From Styela clava (Eukaryota): DNA of 64,000 nt. Position 1 is the first letter of the stretch, and every line of letters starts with the position of its first letter. The DNA lies in NCBI RefSeq assembly GCF_964204865.1, contig NC_135262.1:2232001-2296000 (forward strand), written 5' to 3'. Under the pieces are notes generated by a model, which saw nothing but the letters and a program-made list of their open reading frames with translations, was not told the DNA's origin and made no database searches. Of the stretch, positions 38,401 to 47,303 are shown in pieces. A program made the translations under genes and the position numbers.

Positions 38401-41400
38401 TCAAATATATTCCATAAAACCAACCTCGAGGAAACACATGTTCTTCGTCTTCCTCTGTAATAATTTCCTTTTCAAGGTGTTTGGACTGACTCGGAGTTCG
38501 TCGCTGTATAATTGGTGTTGATATTATTTCCGCTGTAATGTGAGATAGGTAGGATATTATCAGACGATCTATTAGTGCAATGAAAGAAAGACAATTCGAT
38601 TGGCATCGACATTGCATTGATATTAATGACTCAATGTGTGATCCGGACGAAGAAAATTGTGCGGGTCTCCTTCTACGATCTTTTCAGATATGTAGATTTT
38701 AATATTCGTGTTCTTCTGATTGTATTGACAAATTGTATTTGCGTTAAGTCTCGCATCAATTAGTATTTAACTGACGCGGCAGCACAGGAGCGTAGCCAGG
38801 AATTTCCAAAAGTTTTTTTTTTGAAATTTCTAACTTAGCCAAGTTAGATGCTCTGGTCCATACGGGGTGTTTAAGAGCCTTGAAGGTCTAAATGCGTTTG
38901 GAGCTACGAAAATTGCTATGTTTGATACAGAAAAATGCTCTTTCTTTTGATTTACAGTTTAAAAGGAAGGAGAAATTTCGACCCTGGCTACGGCCATGCG
39001 GTACCATAATTGCAGTGCCATCTACATAAGCCCTGGCAATCGGCCTTGTCCTTTTTCGAAGGCCCCACCCTTATTCTAGATATAAAAAATTAAATTTACC
39101 CAGGCTTGCATGACTATTTTAGTGAGATTACTTCAATCTTTATTTTGTATAGTTGGAAGGCAATAAAAAAAATTATTTTCGTTCAATAACCTCATTTCTA
39201 CTCGGACTGGGCCCCGGGCAATTCGTTCCGCAGGCCGTCTTTGCATAATTCTATTCTGGACAATAAATTATTGGAACGAGGCCGGATCATAAATTGAAAT
39301 TTTACACGGATCCATAAAATAGACTTATTGTCTCTAAAATTTCAACTTACTGTGTTGCGCCATAGACGTGTGTGGTAATCTTCTTTGTGATTTTTGTTTT
39401 CTTGTAAGTGGGGGGAGGGTTGGGCCCGCAGGTGCTGTTCTAGCACTTCTAGTGGCAGCTTCTCGCAACTCTGCTTCTCCTGTTTGTGTTTCGGCGGGTA
39501 CTTTATCCTGCAAGTATCCCATACTTTGTGTATACTTGAGTCCGTCAGACCCTGAAAATACATTAGGTGTAAGCGAATTCATTATGATCTGAAAAGTCTT
39601 AGTACATGTCAATAAAGTGTTTCTGAGCAAAAAAAGGAACATATCAAAAATCGTTTTACCGACTGTATCTTAGGATAAGGTAACCTCGTGTAAATGTAGA
39701 CCAGACTCCGTAATTTTTTGTTTTAGAATTAAAATCCCAATATAGAAATGGACGCGTTTGTCTAAGTTAAATTACAGCTCTCGCATTTGCATTTGCTCAC
39801 AAATATCGGATTCCCGTTCTAATAAGTTAATCCCCCCCCCCCTCCCCATTCCACCATGGATCCCGCGGGCCGTAAGTTGCCGACCACTGTCATACAGTAA
39901 CCCACCATGTCTACGGCTGCCTGAATTATAATTGAATTCAGTCCTTGCCAGTCAGTTGTCTTCAATCCCAGTCGATTATAATAAACTAGATAGTATCATA
40001 CCGGGTCGGAAAGTCTTCCTCTCAGACATAGTCTCAGTTCTTAGCATTTGCACTCATTACCTGTTATTTGTACACCTTTGAGACCAAGTGACATTAGTAC
40101 GGGATGGTTTCGTCGAGCGCTATTCACAATCTTCTTTGATACGATGCAGGGCATTTGCATCACTGTGACGTAACCATCATTATTTGCCGATACTTTTGCG
40201 AGATATGTAATCTTAAAATAAAAATTTAGTTCAAGTGAATTATAAGAGTTATGCGGGTAGAAGGCGGACATTTTTTGACCGGGCATTTCTATATGTGCAT
40301 ATCACCCTTTTTAGTGAATTACCCATACCCTCAAGTTGAAATTTATCATTTCATAACTTTTTTTCAAAGCTCACACAAAAGACTCATATATGAGCAAAGT
40401 TACGAGCCACCGTTGAAATATCCGTAAAAATTTAATAGCACATAAACCAGGGTGGTCCAAGGTTGCGAGATTGAAAGGCCGCAAAAATTTTCGAGGAGGT
40501 CTCGCGGGCCGCATTGGGAGAAAATGGTTCTGCGGGTCGCATGGAATGTGTTTGCGGGCAGCATGCGGCCCGTGTGCCAGGGTTTTGACCACCTGACATA
40601 GACTATTCAGCCCATTAACATTGAGACGAAATTGAATTTGTTCGAAGCGCTATTTTCTTTGAAAATTATTCTACTTGTGTTGGATGAATGGCCAGTAATC
40701 TTGCCAGGTCTTCTTTAACACAAGCTAGTCTCGCTCTTCCAAAGCAGTAAACATCTCCATAATGGGAAAAACTGATGGTTGTGTACGTTCCTGTAGCTTC
40801 TTCGGAACCTGCAAAAATGTAAAATAATTGTCTTTGTTAACTCTCAAGTTTTTTGAATATGTTCGCGACCCTCAAGATAAGTTGCTCAATAAACAGTGAA
40901 GTGAAATAGTCGCATACAAAAGTCGAAACTAAGTATAATACTGTGAGTATAATACTGCTACTCTCTTCTGTGATAGAATATTCGAATGTAGGGATGAGAT
41001 TACCCGAATTAGAGTTTCAAATGACTGTGTAATTTAACTTGTATTATGTGGGCAATGTGCATAAATCTTATCCAGTGACAATCTCTGATGTTTTCTATGT
41101 TTTTTTTTTAAATTTAACTTCCGCGCGACCATGATCTGGTCCCGCACGTAGACCAAGTTTTCCTATCATCAAGGTTGTATTCCGGTATGAATCTGAAGCA
41201 TCGCTGTGTGAATTATATTTCTCGTGCTAATGCGAATGACATAAATCAAATTATACATACCTTGTAGAAGATTGTGTAGTGTGGCAATAATCGTTGTGAC
41301 GTCACGTTCTGATGACGCTGGCATGACGTCATAGTTAACGGTAGTTTTGTACTTGGCAACCTCTGGCGCAAACCTTGAAAATGAATCATAGTATGTAACT

Positions 41401-44400
41401 CAAAGTACTGTATTTCCCATCGTATTATATAAGCAATCAGTAGTTTATTTTCCACAATACTGAAAGCGCACTAAATATACAAATTACAATACATTATATT
41501 AAAGCATTTCAGGGTGAGGCGACCCGCGGGAAACCAGATTGGTTATCGAGCAGCGGCACCCATTTATATAACTTGGTTTGTTTTTGGCTGGGGCTACTGG
41601 GGCTAACTGGCACCAATGGGAGACTTGGAGCGTATTGGGTTAGAAGTATCTTACACATCCTGACTCCAAAATATTCAATTTGCTTGCCCTTGCATAAGCA
41701 AATTTTGGGAACATACGCTGTTGGTATAAAACTAAATGCAATGAAAGCCCTCAGATGGCTATTCTAAAATTCAGTTCAATTTCCTATTTTTTGTGTTTCG
41801 CATTTTCGCTCCGTAAATGCTTTTCACAGGTGGCCACAAAATGAGCTATTATCTTCCCCAGTAGGACCAGGATCCCTCATATATAGAATTGTGATACTCC
41901 TGAGTGAGGTGACCACTGAACCATGGCACCTATATGGCACGAAATGAACTCCATTCATGCATTTAAGACAACTCAACAAACGATTACTAAGGATATATTT
42001 CCAATGACGTCAGCAATATTCAAATAACCCGCTCCGCATCCAAAATCCCATATGTGACACTTACTTTTCTAGGAGTCCAATCTTCTGCAGTAAATGTTCC
42101 AATAAGTCTAAATCCATTCTATTAATTTTCCACAGCATTGACAATTCTTCCAATATGCTTTGTAATGAACTGAGATCCTCAATTACTTCTCTTGCAACAT
42201 GAGAAGCCATTCCAATTGCTACTTTGACCTATTTAAGTAAAGCATTATTTGGATTAACAACAAAAATATACAGTCAAAACACTCATTTATTAAGCACTCG
42301 TGTGGACCGTTTCCAATTATTGAAAAGTATATACACGGTCACCATGTAAATGATCACGCCTCAACGACTGTACAATTGCTTGTGCTTAAATGTTATTTAT
42401 ATATGCACATTCATTCCAAAAAGCGAGCTTCTTTTTCGAAAACACTGGAATCTTGCCCGTTTGACATTTTCTACACGATTTATCACATTCTGTATGTGGG
42501 ATGGTTTGTTAGTCGCTCCGTCACACGCCTATCAGAATAAGTATGCGCACGGCAATACAAGTTGTTTTTACACGAGACTTTTCCACATCTTTCACTCCAA
42601 ACAATAAAAACCCTTCATAAGCAGCTACTGGCATGTATCAAAAAACCGCTTCTGGAAGTAGCGAAATCTTTACTTTTAGCATTACATACTCAATTTGCTA
42701 CTCTCTGGACATTCAGTTTGAAACCGCGACGTAAATATTGTTCACTAACTCAAACTATCTAACCATTTGGCCACACATTAAACCGAACCTCAAATTTTTG
42801 AGACATAATCACGATAGAACTATACCTCTAACATTTGTTTGAAAGTTAGATTTGTCGTTTCCTTCCCGATGGCATCAAGTAATTCCCTAAGTGCGGCCAT
42901 TCCTGTTGGTGATCCTCTCGTTTTATCTTCTGCATCGTGATTATCCGCTTGTTTATCCTTGATTCTGACTTTCTTTGTTCCGTGCTTTTCTCTGAAAATT
43001 ATGTATAGGGTGTCCAAAGAGTCTTCTAAACATTTTTTATAATGGCAAAGGAAATTTATCAACACCACATACTAAATTAGACATTAAATGAAGTAAAAAT
43101 ATTGAACAATTACTGATTAAAAAACAACAAACCTGGTGAAGATATATTCAGAACTGACTTCATAACAAAATTAAAATTGCAAAGGGACTTTATAGATCAC
43201 AAATTAAATATTCCCGATATTTGATATAGATTCTTAAATGGAGAAATAATTTACAACAGTGCAATTCGAAAAAATAATCATTCTAAACAATTGAAGTCTT
43301 AAAATAAAGACCTTCAATAAATTCTGTGAACTGCAATAAATTTGATATTTTATTTTTGATCAACTGATGCTTATTAAATTAAAGGCAAAATCAGTATGCC
43401 ATTATATAAATCTATGCCGATCTAAGATGGATATATAGGGTGTACATAAAGTTCCTTTTCAATTTAAATTTCGTTATGTAGTCAGTTCTCAATATATCTT
43501 GACCAGATTTGTTATTTTTAATCAGTAATTGTTCAAGTATTTCTACTTAATTCAATACATCTGTGAGGGCCAAAACAATATATTGCATCGATAGATTCCC
43601 TTTGCAATAGAGAAAAAATTATGACTTTATGGACAACCAATATGTATCAGAAATAATTCAGGCATAGCATGATCATTTCAACTTTAGACCGACAGCTATC
43701 TCGGAATGTGATAAATTGAAATTGCTTTTTCTAATTTGAACTAATTATTCCTATTCTCACAACGTCGGAGATTTACGATCTCGAGCACATATCCAACCCA
43801 TGCTTGTCAGAGCAGCATTAAATAGGCAATGGATTTTTGAATTACCTTCTCTCGTGTCAGCGACGGCTTGGTTAGAGACTTGTTCGAAGCGGAATTGTTT
43901 AAAATCCCTATGCAAATATTTACGTTCGAGAAGTGTGTGTACCAATATCGGGGTAACTAATTTTGTTTGCATACTTTACACCAAGCTGTGTAAAGGAACG
44001 GAAGTCTATGGGCAGGGGGTATATTCACTTGGCTAACAAAGACAGTCCCTGAACTCGTAATAGAGTTAAAAGGAAAATCAGGTTAAAATTATGGCCTAAC
44101 TCTAACCTGGTACACACACTACCCAAGTACTCAAAAACTTACCGCTTTCCCATGATAGGTGCTGTAGATGGTAGTTTGTGTACTTGTCGTAGTTTTGGTG
44201 TAGGCTCCGGAATTGCTGTCGCGTTTTGGCGCTTGTAAGGCTTTAGGGGGCTGTCTATGTTACCCCGAAGTGGGGTTATAAGTGTCACAGCTGTATTAGC
44301 GGGGGTAAAGATCACTCGTTTTTCTATTTCGTTATCTCGTGTTGTTGTAGCGGGTGTTAACAAGTCTGTTCGTTGAACTGTAATAACAGTTTTCGGTTTA

Positions 44401-47303
44401 ACTTCCGGTTCAGGGGGTGAAATTAGTTCCGGTTCAGGTTGTATAGTTACTTCCGGTTCAGATGACGGGGTCACTTCTGGTTTCTTGACCTCTCGTGCTC
44501 GAAGAAGTTTGCTTATCTTGGGCACTCCATCTCTTTTAAGGTTTGCTTTTCCGTCGACGTTAACGACACTCGCACCAGATATTATGCTCCCAGCTGGACC
44601 AAGAACGGAATTATACGGGCTTCTGTGGCCGGTTCTGGAATCAAGTAGAAGTGATTAGGATATACAGGGTTTTCATATAGTCCTTTACAATTTCAATTTG
44701 GTTATGAGGTCAGTTCTCAATATATCCTAACCAGGTTTGTTGTTTTTTAATCGGTAATTGTTTAAGTACTTTTACTTTATTTAAATCATCTGTGAAGGCC
44801 AAAACAATATATGGTATCGATAAATGGACACCCTATATATATTTAATATTTGCTTCTGGGGTCACAGAGACAGAATCGACTTTAAAATGTAATAAAGTAA
44901 TTCAAAAATGTTCCAACACTGTCATTTCAGCAACTGCAAATATCATAATTATCGATCGACGTGAGTTTGTTTGTCTAGCGTGACGAATTAATTCGTCAAA
45001 GTCGTGACAGTCGAGTATTATGGTATCCTGTTACATACAAACACTCGTCTTCCTTCGATAGCTCAGTTGGTAGAGCGGTGGACTGTAGAGGTGGTTGCTC
45101 GGTTATCCATAGGTCGCTGGTTCGAATCCGGCTCGAAGGATATTTTTACGATACCCAGAATTTTTTTTTAATATAAGAAGTATATTTTATAACTCCATAA
45201 TCAGTATGAAGACGATAAATAAATAATAAAAATAGGGATATGTACAGAATTGGCATTTAAAAATAAGTATTTTGGGGAAACACTTTCGAATTTTCTAAGA
45301 TGTATCGAGGGCAAATGCATGTTTAAGTCGTGACACTTATAATAAGATGAAAATAATTTTTTATGTTTGTGACGCAATTGCTAGCATATTAATCATCGTC
45401 GCTTATAAAAAATTGAAATGTTTAAATGTTTTATTTTACGAAGCCCCACATGCTATCTCATAAAATATAATTTGGAAGTGTCTGCCAGTATACATATAGT
45501 GTAGAGCAGGGGTCGGCAACCTTTTTGTCGCTCGCGGTCCAAAAATAAGGGTTGCAAGTCATTGGCGGGCCGCACTTATTTTTTTAGAAAGTTGAAAACC
45601 GAACAGATGATACTTTTTAGAATGAAAATCAAGCGGTGATACATCTCTCGAATATAATATAAATTTATTTCCTCATTGCATTGTATCACAAAAAATTCAG
45701 TTCGAATATTTTAGGCGCCATTGAATCCTTTGCACTTAGCATCAACTTTTCTGTGTTTTGTTGCCTTTTGTAATTATAATTAAATTATAGACTCATCAAG
45801 CGAGTAATTGTGAATTACGTACTTGTTAAATTATAATATAATTTAGTCTGGAATTCTGGAATTCAATATACAGTAGTTATAATCTTAAATAAACCCAATA
45901 CACGAAAAAAATCTAGTCATTACTGTCCTTGAGGTTCAACCTGATTCATCTATTAGTAATAGCCCTCAGATACGTACCGGAATAAATAGCATAAAAGGAG
46001 TATTTACTTGACTGACGATTCCGCTCTCGAAGTTCTTCCTCTGTTGCTTCCTACTCGGAAGACGATATCCCCAGATTTTCTCGGATTCTTCCGAACTGGT
46101 GGCGACGGAGATTGTGGAAGAGAATCTCCCAAGTCGATTCTAAATAATAAAAAAATTCGGGTTTGTTTTTACAAAAAAATTTGTATTAAAATTGGGATCT
46201 GCGCGACTTTGTATATATTTCAATCATTGTTGTAAAGATTTTGTGTAATCGTTGTACTAGATGATAATTAACTAATATTATAACAAATATTCTTAGTGGT
46301 GCTAAATGTGATAAGAATAATTTTTATTTGAATCAATATTCAACATTAAAATTCTTTCGTAGTTCATTTTTCACTGAGTATTTTGTGGTAGTTTCCGACT
46401 TCTCGCGATTTTAAATGGGTCTAGATACTCTTAGGGTGTGACTTTCTTCACCTTATATTCCTAACGAGATATTAGATTTTAGCTTGCCATATTTACCGCT
46501 TTTAATATGCACGTATTGATGTATCTACTCAGCATAACCCAACATATTGATATTCAATACATCATCAGTGCTATCAGTCTTATATTGAAAAGACACATTT
46601 AAACAATGTACCCTGTGCCTCGCCATAGTAGCATATATCATATGCCGGTATCTTATTACATAGGCCATAGTATTTAGACATAAATATGCGTCGCTGAGAT
46701 TTCGAACACGGTTTTTGATACATTGTGTTTCAACCGTATCTCGTAAGGCCATAAAACAGATGTCGCGGACTAATCTATAAGTGCTATATCAGAAATAACG
46801 CACAGCAAAGAGTATGGAAATACTTTTGAATGCAAAAAAAAACAGCATCATTATTCATTGCGACTACAATCAAATTAAACTAATTTATCAATACCTCTAG
46901 CAATTTTTAATAGGTTTGTGGCCCAAATGAAAATGTTTCAATGATCCAGCAGTGGGCCAAGTCCCACCGGTCGAGAACCGGTTCCCTAGTTCTTCCAAAA
47001 TCAGTAGCATAAATTTAGCTGCAACTGTCTCATAAACCTTAGAAATTGACATAATTTTTATGTGTTTTTACATCACCGCACCTATAGAATGCTGAAAAGC
47101 CGGAATATTCTTCCTTCAGCACATTACCTAATTTACCATATCTTAGATGAGATAATGAACTCGATATTTTACATTGTGACTCAAACATAGCTAAATAAAC
47201 ATTAGAAGCACTATGCCATCGCAATCCACAAATCATGACTCAACAAATCAGTTCTGAAAATTATTTTGAAAACGAACCTGAGTTCAAGCTTTCTCGTCGT
47301 CAT
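35315..47303 (-). CDS. Gene 2: uncharacterised 731-aa protein; Pro/Thr-rich N-terminus, death-effector-domain-like region, TRADD-N-like region, C-terminal coiled coil; 13 coding exons
   Basis: Exons 5'->3' on the - strand: 47303-47278, 46139-46008, 44634-44143, 42991-42826, 42228-42065, 41373-41261, 40808-40675, 40211-40061, 39551-39351, 38532-38425, 37144-36987, 36565-36389, 35488-35315. All introns GT..AG, all phases compatible, 2196 nt = 732 codons with no internal stop. Confidence 0.82.
35597..36065. mobile_element. hAT-type MITE in the last intron of gene 2
   Basis: Perfect 8-bp TSD CTATAAAG; near-identical to 9133-9583. Confidence 0.9.
36389..36565 (-). CDS. Gene 2 exon 12 (coiled coil)
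   Basis: ttatcag|IQKLHRMISALKKDLREKTRDLNASQSYVQKAQKEIKSMEMRVETKAQQISQTNEHLLK|gtgggt. Confidence 0.88.
36987..37144 (-). CDS. Gene 2 exon 11
   Basis: tttacag|DFGEYKREDPSLLPQIDPNEAKFERRVRLARDTLTKLTKPENEELVTVLLDQ|gtaact, phase 1/0. Confidence 0.85.
37268..37481. mobile_element. Family A MITE, subfamily B (also 5447-5658, 25340-25512, about 33805-33950, about 43921-44131)
   Basis: Same termini with a different left interior; TSD TGCCTTTG / TGCATTTG; the 5447 copy has AAAATGTT / AAAATTTT. Confidence 0.8.
38104..38339. mobile_element. Family A MITE
   Basis: TSD GAGTTTGG / GAGTTTTG. Confidence 0.85.
38425..38532 (-). CDS. Gene 2 exon 10
   Basis: ttacag|EIISTPIIQRRTPSQSKHLEKEIITEEDEEHVFPR|gttggt, phase 1/1. 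Confidence 0.75.
39351..39551 (-). CDS. Gene 2 exon 9
   Basis: ttttcag|SDGLKYTQSMGYLQDKVP...LPHTSMAQH|gtaagt, phase 1/1. Confidence 0.85.
40061..40211 (-). CDS. Gene 2 exon 8
   Basis: ttttaag|ITYLAKVSANNDGYVTVMQMPCIVSKKIVNSARRNHPVLMSLGLKGVQIT|gtaatg, phase 0/1. Confidence 0.82.
40448..40595. mobile_element. Short hAT-type MITE
   Basis: CAGGGTGGTC / GACCACCTG; TSD ACATAAAC / ACATAGAC. Confidence 0.75.
40675..40808 (-). CDS. Gene 2 exon 7
   Basis: ttgcag|SEEATGTYTTISFSHYGDVYCFGRARLACVKEDLARLLAIHPTQ|gtagaa, phase 1/0. Confidence 0.8.
41261..41373 (-). CDS. Gene 2 exon 6
   Basis: ttttcaag|FAPEVAKYKTTVNYDVMPASSERDVTTIIATLHNLLQ|gtatgt, phase 2/1. Confidence 0.8.
42065..42228 (-). CDS. Gene 2 exon 5 (DED-like core)
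   Basis: aatag|VKVAIGMASHVAREVIEDLSSLQSILEELSMLWKINRMDLDLLEHLLQKIGLLE|gtaagt; not in the ORF track. Confidence 0.85.
42826..42991 (-). CDS. Gene 2 exon 4 (start of DED-like region)
   Basis: ttttcag|EKHGTKKV...MAALRELLDAIGKETTNLTFKQMLE|gtatag. Confidence 0.85.
44143..44634 (-). CDS. Gene 2 exon 3 (EPEV repeats, TP-rich)
   Basis: ttccag|TGHRSPYNSVLG...PEVTPSSEPEVTIQPEPELISPPEPEV...PIMGK|gtaagt; includes ORF 44139-44525. Confidence 0.88.
44664..44834. mobile_element. Tc1/mariner-like MITE family (also about 21512-21717, 43005-43180, 43436-43643, 60640-60840)
   Basis: TA-flanked (C/T)AGGGTGT(C/A)CA-type termini; shared interior GTCAGTTCTCAATATATC...CATCTGTGA(A/G)GGCCAAAACAATATA. Confidence 0.7.
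45052..45140 (+). tRNA. trnY-GUA: tRNA-Tyr(GTA) with a 16-nt intron at 45089-45104
   Basis: CCTTCGATAGCTCAGTTGGTAGAGCGGTGGACT-GTA-G [AGGTGGTTGCTCGGTT] ATCCATAGGTCGCTGGTTCGAATCCGGCTCGAAGGA. Canonical metazoan tRNA-Tyr body, intron at the 37/38 position, intact A and B boxes, 73-nt spliced length. Confidence 0.97.
45143..45147 (+). terminator. RNA polymerase III terminator of tRNA-Tyr
   Basis: TTTTT starting 3 nt after the tRNA 3' end. Confidence 0.8.
46008..46139 (-). CDS. Gene 2 exon 2
   Basis: tttag|IDLGDSLPQSPSPPVRKNPRKSGDIVFRVGSNRGRTSRAESSV|gtaaat, phase 2/2. Confidence 0.78.
47278..47303 (-). CDS. Gene 2 putative start microexon (MTTRKLEL-R)
   Basis: ttatag|A ATG ACG ACG AGA AAG CTT GAA CTC AG|gttcgt; phase 2 fits the next exon. 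Confidence 0.55.

Noticed and set aside
38620-38715. Extra exon candidate in gene 2 intron 9
   Set aside because: The phase-compatible frame hits a stop within a few codons and no clear donor was found.
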